From an uncultured Syntrophaceae bacterium (GTDB lineage Bacteria; Desulfobacterota; Syntrophia; Syntrophales; UBA2192), in the NCBI GenBank assembly GCA_964628025.1, contig CAZVLL010000012.1, forward strand, positions 12,784 through 76,783: a DNA stretch of 64,000 nucleotides. Reading direction: 5' to 3'. Numbering within the stretch: the first letter of the stretch is position 1; each line of letters starts with the position of its first letter. The notes under the pieces are model-generated. The model saw only the letters and a list, made by a program, of their open reading frames with translations. It was not told the origin of the DNA and ran no database searches. Shown here one piece after another: positions 44,111-54,176 of the stretch. The position numbers and the translations under genes were made by a program.

Positions 44111-45757
44111 TCAACTTTCCATTACGTAGGATCCCGGCGCTTCTTCGAGGGCCGGGTACTTCCGGGATCCCATCGGGGGAGGTTTCCCCGGCGACAGGCT
44201 TCTCTCGCGCATCCATTCCGTCCAATCCTCCCACCAGGATCCCCTTTTTTCTTCCTGACGGCCCAGCCACCGATCGGCATCCGTCTCACCGCCGGCCTCG
44301 CCGGCCCAGAACTTTCTTCTTGAGGTCTCCGACGGTGGATTCACAATACCTGTGATGTGGCCTTCACTCGACAGGGCATACCGTACGGGGCCGTCGATTC
44401 GATCGCACACCTTAAATGTGCCTTTCCAGGGGCAGATGTGATCGAGTTGGGTTCCAACCGCATAAAGCGGCTGGCGGATACGGCCGAGGTCGATGGGGCG
44501 GTCCCCGAGGTGAAGGGCATCCTTCTCCACCAGCTTGTTGTTCAGATAGAATTCCCGGAGGTAAAAGGAGCACATCGCTTCCGGCAGGCGGGTGCTGTCA
44601 TTGTTCCAGAACAATAGATCCGATTTCGGCGGAGACATGCCGTTGAGAACACCGTTGGTGAAATTGCGCCAGATCAGGCTGTCCGACCCGAGAAGACGGA
44701 ACACGAGCTGGATGTACTTTTCGCTGAGAAACCCTTCCGTTTTCATCATCGCTTCTACCAGTTCGACGGATTGCTGGGTCAGGAGAAACCCGATATCCCC
44801 CGGCTCGGAAAAATCCACGAGGGAAGAGAAAAGGGACCAGTCCGCTACGGGAAACGGCTGCGTATTTCCTTGCGATTCGTAATTCAGCCAGGCCATGAGG
44901 GCCGAGAGGGCCGTTCCCCCGATGCAGTACCCCGCCGCGTGGACCGGCGCACCCCCGCAGATGGAACTGGAAACCTGGATGGCCTGCAGGGCGCCTCGAA
45001 GCATGTAGTCATCGAAAGTCACGGCGCGCATGTGGGAATCGGGGTTTTTCCAGCTGATGATGAACACGGTGAACCCCCGATCCCGCAAATGGCGGACAAA
45101 ACTCATCGGGGGCGTGAGATCGAAAATGTAGTACTTGTTGATCCAGGGCTGGATGAACACGACGGGGACGGCGTATGTCGTGTCGGTTGTCGGCGCATAC
45201 TGAATGAGTTCCATGAGATCATTGCGGAATACAACGCTACCCGGGCTGGTAGCAATGTTACTGCCCACCTTGAATGCCTGGACATCGACCATCCGCATTA
45301 AAAAATTGCCTTCCAGAAGATCCTCTGTCCAGTACTTAAGCCCCTGGGACAGGCTTTCCCCATTGCTGTCCATGAAGCGCTGCACGGCGCCAGGATTTGT
45401 CCAGAAGAAATTGGAGGGCGAAAGGCTGTTGGTGACCTGGCGGGTCCAGAAACGCATCCGTTCCCGCTGCCGCTCGTGAAGCCCCGGCGCCTGCTCGATG
45501 AGATCGCTCAGCCATTCCTGGTAAATGGAGTGATGCCGCCGGGCCAACTGAGCGCCTGACTTCAGCGTATCGAAAAAGTCCGGCTTTCGGGGTTCCGGAA
45601 CCGCTTCCCCGATACCCAGGCACTGCTTCAACGCTTCCATTGTCGCTTCCTGAAGCTTCAACGACAAGGTTGCCTGCTTGCGCGCCAGCTCCAGCGGGCG
45701 ATCCTGCCAGGCGTGCTGCACATCCGTCAGTGCAGAGAAGACTCCGAAGAGGTCCAT
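44111..45757 (-). CDS. phaC: Polyhydroxyalkanoate synthase (class I/II-type single subunit)
   Basis: SPSNF..TNP, G.NIATSPG.VVFRNDLMELIQY, INKYYIFDL, lipase box GYCIGG, LDHICPW (Asp), GHITGIVNPP (His), SWW.DW..W, APGSYV. Confidence 0.95.
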   Translation of the reverse strand: MDLFGVFSALTDVQHAWQDRPLELARKQATLSLKLQEATMEALKQCLGIGEAVPEPRKPDFFDTLKSGAQLARRHHSIYQEWLSDLIEQAPGLHERQRERMRFWTRQVTNSLSPSNFFWTNPGAVQRFMDSNGESLSQGLKYWTEDLLEGNFLMRMVDVQAFKVGSNIATSPGSVVFRNDLMELIQYAPTTDTTYAVPVVFIQPWINKYYIFDLTPPMSFVRHLRDRGFTVFIISWKNPDSHMRAVTFDDYMLRGALQAIQVSSSICGGAPVHAAGYCIGGTALSALMAWLNYESQGNTQPFPVADWSLFSSLVDFSEPGDIGFLLTQQSVELVEAMMKTEGFLSEKYIQLVFRLLGSDSLIWRNFTNGVLNGMSPPKSDLLFWNNDSTRLPEAMCSFYLREFYLNNKLVEKDALHLGDRPIDLGRIRQPLYAVGTQLDHICPWKGTFKVCDRIDGPVRYALSSEGHITGIVNPPSETSRRKFWAGEAGGETDADRWLGRQEEKRGSWWEDWTEWMRERSLSPGKPPPMGSRKYPALEEAPGSYVMES

Positions 45758-45778
45758 GGTTCGTGTCCTGTTTTCCGG

Positions 45779-46024
45779 TCAGTTCTTCTTGACGTATCTT
45801 CCGATATAGGCCGCCAGCTCCCCCAGGGGCATCTCCGCGCTCAGCATGTCGAGGGACACCTTGAGGGGGAAATTCTCCTCCAGGAAGGTCTGGAGATTAA
45901 CGGCCGCCATGGAATCATAGTTGGGAATCGCTCCCAGGCACATCTCCGCCGTAATTGGTGCCTTCCCGATCTCGGGAAAGAGATCAAGGATGCCGTACCT
46001 GATCTTTTCCATAATCTCGTTCAT
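45779..46024 (-). CDS. Dedicated acyl carrier protein
   Basis: 81 aa acidic protein; IPNYDSMAAVNL with Ser38 as phosphopantetheine site; differs from the housekeeping AcpP GADSLD motif. Confidence 0.88.
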   Translation of the reverse strand: MNEIMEKIRYGILDLFPEIGKAPITAEMCLGAIPNYDSMAAVNLQTFLEENFPLKVSLDMLSAEMPLGELAAYIGRYVKKN

Positions 46025-46058
46025 TGGTTCGCTTCTCCTTTTTCATCCAGGGAATGGG

Positions 46059-47039
46059 TCAGAGTCGAATCAGGTTTGCCCCCCAGGAAAGTCCCCCGCC
46101 GAATGTGGCAATCACGACAAGGTCCCCCTGCACCAGGCACCCCTGGGAGATCGCCTCGTCCAGTGCGATGAGGACCGACGCGCTGGCCGTATTCCCGTAA
46201 CGGTCCAGATTGACGAAAAATCGCTCCCTCGGTATCCCGAGCAGTCCGGCAATCCCGTGAAGAATGTTGATGTTAGCCTGGTGGCAGATGAAACACTTCA
46301 CATCGTCCGCTGCCACACCGGCCTCCTCGAGCAGACGGAGAATGATCTTCGGTCCCTTGTCCATCGTGAAGGCAAAGACCTCTTCGCCCTTCATCCGAAA
46401 AAAGGCCGATCGGGGGCCGGGCATCTTCTCGAAGGGCATCATCGTCCCGCCGCCGGGGACACAGATGGTGTCGTTTCCGCTGCCGTCAGTTCCCAGGCAG
46501 GAATGCAGGACACCCCTTGCGCCGTCCGGTTCCGCCTGGAAAAGAATCGCACCGGCGCCGTCTCCAAAGAATGGGTACGTCGAGAAATCCTTGCTATTCA
46601 GGATTTTCGAGTACATCTCGGCGGCAATAAAGAGGATTGTGCGATAATTTCCCGACCGGATCAGGGAGTCGACGACAGCAATGCCGAAGGAGCCGCCGGA
46701 GCAGACGGAATTGATATCGAAGGCGAAGGCGTTTCTTGCCCCCAACTCGTTTTGTACGCGTGTGGCCGTGGCAGGCTGCATGCGGTCCGGCGATGAGGTG
46801 GAAAGGAGGATGCCTTCAATGTTATCCGGCGAGAATTCGACTTTTTGCAAACACCTGCGGGCGGCGGCGATGGCCAGGTCGGAGGTGCACTCCGATTCAG
46901 CGGCGTGCCGTCTCGTCCGAACCCCTGTTTTTTCTGCGATCAGTTTGCGGGCTTCCGGCGAAAACTGCGAGAGGTCCTCGTTTGATATGACCCGGTCGGG
47001 AAGAAAACTGCCAGTGGAAAGGATGCCGGCTCTTTGCAT
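46059..47039 (-). CDS. fabH: 3-oxoacyl-ACP synthase III
   Basis: KTGVRTRR, triad Cys (NSVCSG), His (CHQAN), Asn (YGNTASAS), FGDGAGA, FGGGLSWG. Confidence 0.95.
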   Translation of the reverse strand: MQRAGILSTGSFLPDRVISNEDLSQFSPEARKLIAEKTGVRTRRHAAESECTSDLAIAAARRCLQKVEFSPDNIEGILLSTSSPDRMQPATATRVQNELGARNAFAFDINSVCSGGSFGIAVVDSLIRSGNYRTILFIAAEMYSKILNSKDFSTYPFFGDGAGAILFQAEPDGARGVLHSCLGTDGSGNDTICVPGGGTMMPFEKMPGPRSAFFRMKGEEVFAFTMDKGPKIILRLLEEAGVAADDVKCFICHQANINILHGIAGLLGIPRERFFVNLDRYGNTASASVLIALDEAISQGCLVQGDLVVIATFGGGLSWGANLIRL

Positions 47040-47137
47040 CTCTCAATCCTTATTCGGGTAAGGAGTCAGGTTACATGTTCCGTCTCCGGGTCATTCATTT
47101 CACAATGTCTATTGTAGTGGGTCATTGATGAATTGTT

Positions 47138-47154
47138 TGCAAATCCCATGCCTT
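47138..47154 (-). promoter_or_regulatory. Sigma54 (-24/-12) promoter candidate for fabH-acp-phaC-fabD
   Basis: Minus strand AAGGCATGGGATTTGCA: GG-N10-GC with GGCA and TTGCA blocks, about 100 nt upstream of the fabH ATG. Confidence 0.7.
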
Positions 47155-47261
47155 GCCTTGCGACATCCGGGGAGGTGTGTTTCATTGATTGAATCGCGGG
47201 GAAACGAAGATGAGATTCAAAGGAAAGCACATCTATTGCAATGATAGCAGAACCATTGTGC

Positions 47262-47501
47262 TCAAGTCAATTGCCTTTCGGTCCAGAATTCGTATTCTTC
47301 ACCCCGGTCGTTGACGAGGACGGACGTCACGTCACCGAATCTCAGCTTGATGTGCTTTCCCTCGAACTCGTATCCCCAGGGGCACCAGCCCTTCTTGGCG
47401 TCGAGAACCCATTGCTCACCGCTTGCGCGTTCCACGATCAGCTCCCCCGTGTGAAGGTCTTCGACGAGGAGCGCTTCCTCCAGGGCCTGTTTGTCTTCCA
47501 T
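47262..47501 (-). CDS. Hypothetical small acidic protein
   Basis: MEDKQALEEALLVEDLHTGELIVERASGEQW...; plausible codon usage; follows the disulfide reductase gene. Confidence 0.6.
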   Translation of the reverse strand: MEDKQALEEALLVEDLHTGELIVERASGEQWVLDAKKGWCPWGYEFEGKHIKLRFGDVTSVLVNDRGEEYEFWTERQLT

Positions 47502-47572
47502 TGGCGGATTCTCCGAAACAAATTTCCCTTGGTGACAGGGCCCCCTTCGGTTAAACGAAAAAGCAGGGGCGG

Positions 47573-49036
47573 TCAAGATGAAACCCGATCCATCTCGCAG
47601 GCCCTTCCCCTCAGGTTAAAAAATAGCTTGAGTCCCTTTTTTACCGGTTCAGAGAACAGCTTGGTGGACAGGAACGTCCCGGCCACTCTCTTGTTGATTT
47701 CCCCCAGAGTGGGATAGGGGTGCACGGCCGCGGCCAGTGTCGAAAGCCCCATTTTGCCGTTCATGACGGCGACCCATTCCGCGATGAGATCGCCCGCCCT
47801 GTGTCCCAGGATCTGTACACCAATCGGCATTTCTTTTTCGTCGAGGAGCATCTTGATTTTGCCGGATGCTTCCCTTTCGGCAAGTGCCCGGTCGTTATCG
47901 CGGAAGTTCTCAACCCAGACACTGTACCGGATCCCTGCTTCCATCGCACCCTTTTCATTCATGCCGATGCTTGCAAGCTCCGGATCGGTGTAGGTGCACC
48001 AGGGAAGGTACGTATAGTCGATCTTCCGGGGAAGGCGGAAAACGGCATTGGTTACGACAACGCCCCCTTCGTGACCGGCGGCATGGGTGAACTGGTATCC
48101 TCCGGTAACATCCCCGGCCCCATAGATGTGTTTTTGCGTGGTCCGGAGCCTGTCATCGAGTCTGAGGCCCCGGCCGTCAAACTCGACGCCGACACCTTCC
48201 AGGCCGAGTCCCTCAAGATTGGCCTTCCGTCCCGCAGCGACGAGGATCGTCTCGGTACGCAAGGTTTCTATTGCGCCGCCGATGGAGAGCAGAACCTCCC
48301 GCTCGCTTCCAAGATCGGTTACCCCCATGATTGCGGCATTGAGGTGGAACCGAACTCCCTCGGTCTGCAGGGTAGCCATGACCTGATCGGCCATGTCTTT
48401 GTCCTCCTTCGGGAGGATAGCAGCGCCCAGCTCGATGACCGTTACGGTCGTGCCGAGGCGGTTGAAGGCCTGCCCCATCTCGATGCCGATGGGTCCTCCG
48501 CCGATGATGATCATCGATTTCGGGAGGCGGTCGAGGGCGAAGATGTCCCGGTTGGTGAGGCAGGACGCATTTTCAAGACCCGGGATCGACGGGATGGCCG
48601 GGGAGGATCCCGATGCGATGACCCAGCTCTTCGCGGTAACGGGGGTGCCGTCGAGACTCACACGGTGATTGCCGATAAAAACAGGATTCCCGAAGTCCAC
48701 ACGAGCGCCGAGCCCGCAGAATCGCTCCACTGAATCGTGCCTCTGGATCGTACCGATGACGGATCGGATACGGTCTCTGACCCTTGCAAAGTCAACAGGC
48801 TTTACGTCTACCTCGGGGAGGCCGTAGGCCTTCGCATTTTTCGTCTGGTGATAGACTCTGGCCGCTTTGATCAGGGTTTTGCTCGGTACGCATCCAAAAT
48901 GGAGGCAGTCGCCCCCCAGCTCTTTTTCTTTTTCGATGAGAAGGGTCTTCGCCCCGAGCCGGGCTGCCCCTGCAGCGACGGTGAGTCCCGCCGATCCTCC
49001 ACCGATGATGCCGATGTCAAAGTCGTACGCTGGCAT
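47573..49036 (-). CDS. Class I pyridine nucleotide-disulfide oxidoreductase (MerA/E3-like, no C-terminal Cys pair)
   Basis: GGGSAG, GGDCLHFGCVPSK redox dithiol, GGGPIGIE, YGAGDV, HPYPTLGE. Confidence 0.92.
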   Translation of the reverse strand: MPAYDFDIGIIGGGSAGLTVAAGAARLGAKTLLIEKEKELGGDCLHFGCVPSKTLIKAARVYHQTKNAKAYGLPEVDVKPVDFARVRDRIRSVIGTIQRHDSVERFCGLGARVDFGNPVFIGNHRVSLDGTPVTAKSWVIASGSSPAIPSIPGLENASCLTNRDIFALDRLPKSMIIIGGGPIGIEMGQAFNRLGTTVTVIELGAAILPKEDKDMADQVMATLQTEGVRFHLNAAIMGVTDLGSEREVLLSIGGAIETLRTETILVAAGRKANLEGLGLEGVGVEFDGRGLRLDDRLRTTQKHIYGAGDVTGGYQFTHAAGHEGGVVVTNAVFRLPRKIDYTYLPWCTYTDPELASIGMNEKGAMEAGIRYSVWVENFRDNDRALAEREASGKIKMLLDEKEMPIGVQILGHRAGDLIAEWVAVMNGKMGLSTLAAAVHPYPTLGEINKRVAGTFLSTKLFSEPVKKGLKLFFNLRGRACEMDRVSS

Positions 49037-49060
49037 GAGAGAACCTTGCAATTTCGTTAC

Positions 49061-49795
49061 TCAAAATTCCTTGCCGAAATCACTGGGCGATATCCCGCCT
49101 TCACCACGCTTCAGGTGCCGGATGCCGCTTGCGCCGGCAACAATCACGTCCGAAGCCAGGCCCAGGAAAAGCCCGTGCTCCACGATTCCGGCCCGGTTCT
49201 TGATCTTTTCCGCCAGGACGTGGGGCCTCTCGATGGGGCCGAAGTTGCACTCAAATATCCAGTTGCCGCAGTCTGTGTTAAAGGGGCTGCGGTCGGCGTT
49301 CCGCCGCATGTTCACCTTTGCGCCAAGCGATTCGAGGAACAGGGCCTGTGATTTCCATCCGAAGGGAACCACCTCCACGGGCACGCATCGTTTCCGGCCG
49401 AGGACGGGGGTGAGCTTTGCCTCGTCAACGACAATGATCTCACGCCGGCTGGCCTGGGCGATGATTTTTTCGCGCAGGAGAGCCCCGCCCCCCCCTTTGA
49501 TCAGGTTGAGCTGCGGGTCCACCTCATCGGCCCCGTCGATGGTCAGATCGATGAGGGGGTTCTCGTCGAAGGCCCTGAGGGGCAGGCCGTACCGCAGGGC
49601 TTCTTCCTCGACCTGGTAAGAGCAGGGCACCCCGATCACATCCTTCAACTGTCCGGTTTTCATTTTTTCAGCGAGCATTTCCACGACGTGAATGGCTGTG
49701 CTGCCGTGGCCGAGTCCGACGATCATTCCCGATTGAACGAGATCGACGGCATAGGCCGCCGCCTGTTTTTTCAACTGAGCAACGTCGATAGTCAT
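49061..49795 (-). CDS. rpiA: Ribose-5-phosphate isomerase A
   Basis: GLGHGST, DLTIDGADEVD, IKGGGGALLREK, TDCGN, GIVEHGLF. Confidence 0.96.
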   Translation of the reverse strand: MTIDVAQLKKQAAAYAVDLVQSGMIVGLGHGSTAIHVVEMLAEKMKTGQLKDVIGVPCSYQVEEEALRYGLPLRAFDENPLIDLTIDGADEVDPQLNLIKGGGGALLREKIIAQASRREIIVVDEAKLTPVLGRKRCVPVEVVPFGWKSQALFLESLGAKVNMRRNADRSPFNTDCGNWIFECNFGPIERPHVLAEKIKNRAGIVEHGLFLGLASDVIVAGASGIRHLKRGEGGISPSDFGKEF

Positions 49796-49805
49796 AGGTT
49801 CCTCC

Positions 49806-51527
49806 TTATAAAATTCCTTCCGTTAGAAGAGCAAGCCGTCCAATCTTGTCCGGACCCAGGTGGAGCCGCAGGACCCTCCGACCCCTTCCTGTCAGGGCCT
49901 GCCGGTCTCCCATGGCCTGGGCTGTCTTGAGGATCCCGAAGGTGATCGACGAGGTTGCCGATTCGGGATCGTCGGGAATCGGGACATCGTCGGTGTCGTC
50001 GGCCGTAAGCTGGATGAAAAATCCCTGTCCGCCGTCGCCCTTGTGAAGCTGCCCCGTCGAGTGAAGGAAACGGGGCCCATATCCCACGGTCACGGGAACG
50101 CGATAGCGGTCGCGAAGCCTCGTGCGAAAAACCTGGAGCAGGATATCCGTCTCGTCAGAGGGGGTCAGGTAGGCCATGATAGCGATGTATTTCCCCGGCA
50201 CCGTTTCTTCCAGGAACCCTTCCAGGGCACTCATCGTATCCTTTCCTTTCACCGTTCCGTACACATCGACCCCGCCGAAACGAAGCGCCGGCGCCTCCTC
50301 CGGCAGCCTGCCGCTTTCCACGAAGGCCGTCACGGCCTCCCGGGCATTCACCTTGGCGGCTTCCACGTCGGGCTGGTCGAAGGGGTTGATTCCCAGAAGA
50401 TGGCCTGCCACGGCCGTGGCCATCATCCAGAGGAAAAATTGCCCGCCCAGATCATAGAGGTCGTGAAGATGCAGAATCTCCACGGGGTGGCCGGCTTCCT
50501 CCATGGCCCGGATAAACGTCGTCGGGAACGGTTCCCCGGCCAGCTTGAATCCCACAAAAAACCGATCCGGTCCATAGACCCCGGGCTTGCCCGGAGCTTC
50601 GCGGTGCACGGGCAGGATTCCTTTTCCTTCCTTCCCGGTGCTTTCGGCAATGAGCTGCTCCACCCAGTCGCCGAAATACTGGATGCCGGGGGGCATGATC
50701 AGGGTGAGCTTGTCACGCCCGAGCTGTGCGAGGCGCCCCAGGTACGCGCCCAGCCTTGCGCTGCGGTTGTCACCTCCTTCCGGGCAATGGGAGGCATCAC
50801 CGTTGGCCGCCATCGTTACGGCCCGTTCGAGAATCGTTTTGATATCGACACCGATGAGCGCCGCCGGCACCAGGCCAAAGAAGGAAAGCACCGAAAAGCG
50901 GCCGCCGATGTCCGGATCGTTCAGGAAGACCTGCCGAAAACGACATTCACGGGCAAGGTCTGCAAGCGTGGATCCCGGGTCGGTGATAGCCACAAATTGT
51001 TCACCGGCCTTTTCCCTGCCCAGCCTCTCGACGGCTTGACCGTAGAAGAACTTGAAAAAAGAGTGGACCTCGACGGTCGCTCCCGACTTCGACGAGACGA
51101 TGAAAAGGGTTCTTGCCGGATCGAGCGTTTCTGCCTGGCGAAGCACGGCGGAAGGGTCCGTGCTATCCAGGATGGAAAGAGACGGGTATCCGGGCTGACT
51201 TCCGAATGTCTTTGCAAACACTTCCGGGGCAAGACTCGATCCGCCCATTCCGAGCAGAAGTGCATGGGTGAATCCCGCCGAGAGGACGTTCTTCACGAAG
51301 GTCTCGATCTCGTCAAGGCGACCCATCATGTCGGAGGTGCTTGTGAGCCAGCCAAGCCGATTCGCGATCTCCTTCGGGTCCGGTTTCCAGACGGTATGAT
51401 CCTTTGCCCGGATGCGGTCGATGATGCGGTCCTTCCTGAGCTCGGACAGGGCCTCGTCGATCCTCTCGCGGAAGGCCCCGGCGTCAATGGACTGGCCGGT
51501 TTTGTTCGGTTCATTGATGCTGCTCAC
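49806..51527 (-). CDS. pgi: Glucose-6-phosphate isomerase (type found as the C-terminal half of Tal/Pgi fusions)
   Basis: LLGMGGSSL, SSKSG.T.E, DIGGRFSV, EQLIAESTGK, INPFDQPDVE, GPRFLHSTGQ; GTG start with AAGGAGG RBS. Confidence 0.88.
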   Translation of the reverse strand: MSSINEPNKTGQSIDAGAFRERIDEALSELRKDRIIDRIRAKDHTVWKPDPKEIANRLGWLTSTSDMMGRLDEIETFVKNVLSAGFTHALLLGMGGSSLAPEVFAKTFGSQPGYPSLSILDSTDPSAVLRQAETLDPARTLFIVSSKSGATVEVHSFFKFFYGQAVERLGREKAGEQFVAITDPGSTLADLARECRFRQVFLNDPDIGGRFSVLSFFGLVPAALIGVDIKTILERAVTMAANGDASHCPEGGDNRSARLGAYLGRLAQLGRDKLTLIMPPGIQYFGDWVEQLIAESTGKEGKGILPVHREAPGKPGVYGPDRFFVGFKLAGEPFPTTFIRAMEEAGHPVEILHLHDLYDLGGQFFLWMMATAVAGHLLGINPFDQPDVEAAKVNAREAVTAFVESGRLPEEAPALRFGGVDVYGTVKGKDTMSALEGFLEETVPGKYIAIMAYLTPSDETDILLQVFRTRLRDRYRVPVTVGYGPRFLHSTGQLHKGDGGQGFFIQLTADDTDDVPIPDDPESATSSITFGILKTAQAMGDRQALTGRGRRVLRLHLGPDKIGRLALLTEGIL

Positions 51528-51682
51528 GAGGGTCCTCCTTGAGCAAGACGGGCGTACGGGCAAGAAGCGGAAGAAAAGGAAAAGCAGCGTACAGTCACGC
51601 TGCTTTATTTATACACAAACCTCCAGGAGAATACAAGCATACCCACAAGAAGCAGGCAGAATGCCGGGAGCGAAAGGCTGCG

Positions 51683-52105
51683 TCACTTCACATAATAACC
51701 GGACACCCGCCATTTGCCGTCCTTGTCCAGCATGGAGGTGACCGTCTCGACAGCGGATTGCTTATTCTCAAAGGATGTCTTGTACTGCATGACAACATAT
51801 TCCCCGTCGGGGGCTCCTGGCAGGGTTCGGGCGTATTTCGACGAGGAGAGTTTCCTTGATTTGATTGTCCCGAGGGGCTGCCTGACACTCCTCATCATTT
51901 GCTTCCAGTTCTCTTCCGTCACAGCCGCTTTGAAGTACGATGCCGCCTCAGTCCAGCTCTCGGCGTATTTCCCCTGGTCGACGAGCGACAACCATATCCG
52001 GGCTGTGGCTTCGGCGGCCTTTTCCTTGTTCGAATCTGCCGGCGCAGTTTGAACCCAGGAAGCCACAAGAATCGCCGACAGGAACAGAACGAGCAAATTC
52101 TTCAT
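51683..52105 (-). CDS. DUF4019-family exported protein
   Basis: Signal peptide; WLSLVDQGKYAESW...LPGAPDGEYVV..Y.T.F...E.VT...DG.WRV.GY. Confidence 0.85.
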   Translation of the reverse strand: MKNLLVLFLSAILVASWVQTAPADSNKEKAAEATARIWLSLVDQGKYAESWTEAASYFKAAVTEENWKQMMRSVRQPLGTIKSRKLSSSKYARTLPGAPDGEYVVMQYKTSFENKQSAVETVTSMLDKDGKWRVSGYYVK

Positions 52106-52111
52106 TTCGAG

Positions 52112-54166
52112 TTATTCCTTTCCGATCAGCCTGAGCGCTTTTTTCACGACGTTTTCCACGGTAAAGCCGAATTTCTCGAAGAGAACATCGCCCGGCGCGG
52201 AAGCCCCGAAGTGATCAAGACCGATCACGTCGCCCTCGTCGCCCACCCATCGCCACCATCCCAAGGTGGCCCCGGCCTCGATGGCCAGACGTTTTTTCAG
52301 ATTGGGCGGGAGCACTGCATCCCGGTAGCTCTGTCCCTGCTCGCGGAAGAGCTCCCACGACGGCATGGAGACGACCCGTGCGCGAATCTTTTTCACCGCG
52401 AGCTCGTCGGCCGCCCTCAGTGCGAGCGACACCTCGGACCCCGTGGCGATGAGGATAATATCCGGATTGTCACCCCCGTCCACAAGGACGTAGGCCCCGC
52501 GGCCCACCCCATCGACAACGGGGTATTTCGTGGCATCGAGGATCGGCAGGTTCTGCCGCGAAAGGACGAAGACAGTGGGGTTGCGGCGCTGGAGGGCCAC
52601 TTTCCAGGCGGCAAGCGTTTCGTTGGCATCGGCTGGCCGGAGCACCGTCAGGTTCGGAATGGCGCGTAGGCTCATGAGATGCTCGATGGGCTGGTGCGTG
52701 GGACCGTCCTCGCCCACGCCGATGCTGTCGTGTGTGAATAGGAACAGGACACGGAGCTGCGAGATGGCGGCCAGCCGGATCGGGGGACGCATGTAATCGG
52801 AAAAAACGAAGAAGGTTCCCGTGAACGGGAGGATCCCGCCATAGGCCGCAAGACCGTTGGAGATGGAACCCATGGCGTGCTCCCTCACCCCGAAGTGGAT
52901 GTTCCGGCCGCCGTAGCCCCATTCGCCGCCGACGGCGCCCTGCACGCCCGCGGGCTTTTCCCCGGGCTTCTGGAAGTCGCCCATGCCCTTGAGCCAGGCG
53001 AAGACGGAATTGTTGAGGTCGGCCGTGCCGCCGACAAGCTCCGGGATATTCTTGCCGAGAATCTGCAGAATGTCCTCGGAAGCCTTCCGGGTGGCAACGG
53101 ACTTTCCCGCTGCGTATTCCGTCAGACCCCTGTCCCAGCCTTCCGGGAGGAGATCGGCCATCCGCCGCTTGAACTCGTCGGCCATCTCGGGGAAAGACTT
53201 TTCGTAGCGGTCAAGCAGGCCGGCCCACCGGCCTTCGGATTTCTTGCCCCTTGACTGGGCCCCGCGGAAGATCTGCAACGCCTCTTCGGGCACATGGAAT
53301 CCGGGTTCCAGGGGCCAGCCGAGATTTTTCTTGGTTTCCTCAGTTTCCCTGGGTCCCAGCGGGGCCCCGTGGGCTTCGTAGCTTCCCTGCTTGTGGGGTG
53401 AGCCGAAGCCGATGGTTGTCCGCACGCAGATGAGGGAAGGCTTGCCGGTCTGATTCTTTGCCGCTTCGATGGCGGCATCGATGGCGGCGACGTCGTTGCC
53501 GTCCATGACCGTTTGGACATGCCAGCCATAGGCATCGTAATGCTTGGCGTGGTCCTCGGTGAAGGAGAGGTCGGTGCTTCCCGCCAGCGAAATCCGGTTG
53601 TCATCGTGCAGAACGATGAGCTTGCCCAGGCCCAGGTGGCCGGCAAGGGCGCAGGCCTCGTTTGCAACGCCCTCCATCAGGTCGCCGTCACTGGCGAGAA
53701 CGTAGGTGTAGTGATCGACGAGAGGGAATCCCTCGCGGTTGATACGGGCCGCCATGTGGGCCTCGCCGATGGCAAGCCCCACGGCATTTGAGATCCCCTG
53801 GCCCAGGGGGCCCGTGGTGACTTCGATGCCCTCGCCGATTTCCCGCTCGGGGTGTCCCGGTGTTTTGCTGTCCCACTGGCGGAAATTCCTGATCTCAGCG
53901 AGCGGAAGATCGTAGCCTGTCAGGTGCAGCAGCGCATAGAGAAGCATGGAGCCGTGGCCTCCGGACAGGACGAAACGGTCGCGGTTGGGCCAGCGCGGGG
54001 TTGCGGGGTTGAAACGCAAGTGACGCGTCCACAGGACGTAGGCCATGGGCGCCGCCCCCAGGGGAAGGCCCGGGTGGCCGGATTTCGCCTTCTCGATGGC
54101 ATCGATGGCGAGCATGCGGATCGTGTTGATACAAATATTATCCAGTTGCTTCGTTTCCTGCGTCAT
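52112..54166 (-). CDS. tkt: Transketolase
   Basis: [45 protein letters not shown]. Confidence 0.97.
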   Translation of the reverse strand: MTQETKQLDNICINTIRMLAIDAIEKAKSGHPGLPLGAAPMAYVLWTRHLRFNPATPRWPNRDRFVLSGGHGSMLLYALLHLTGYDLPLAEIRNFRQWDSKTPGHPEREIGEGIEVTTGPLGQGISNAVGLAIGEAHMAARINREGFPLVDHYTYVLASDGDLMEGVANEACALAGHLGLGKLIVLHDDNRISLAGSTDLSFTEDHAKHYDAYGWHVQTVMDGNDVAAIDAAIEAAKNQTGKPSLICVRTTIGFGSPHKQGSYEAHGAPLGPRETEETKKNLGWPLEPGFHVPEEALQIFRGAQSRGKKSEGRWAGLLDRYEKSFPEMADEFKRRMADLLPEGWDRGLTEYAAGKSVATRKASEDILQILGKNIPELVGGTADLNNSVFAWLKGMGDFQKPGEKPAGVQGAVGGEWGYGGRNIHFGVREHAMGSISNGLAAYGGILPFTGTFFVFSDYMRPPIRLAAISQLRVLFLFTHDSIGVGEDGPTHQPIEHLMSLRAIPNLTVLRPADANETLAAWKVALQRRNPTVFVLSRQNLPILDATKYPVVDGVGRGAYVLVDGGDNPDIILIATGSEVSLALRAADELAVKKIRARVVSMPSWELFREQGQSYRDAVLPPNLKKRLAIEAGATLGWWRWVGDEGDVIGLDHFGASAPGDVLFEKFGFTVENVVKKALRLIGKE

Positions 54167-54176
54167 GATCTTTTCC

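Noticed and set aside
47573-49036. Calling this gene merA or lpdA
   Set aside because: No C-terminal Cys-Cys pair, NmerA domain or mer operon, and no 2-oxoacid dehydrogenase context.
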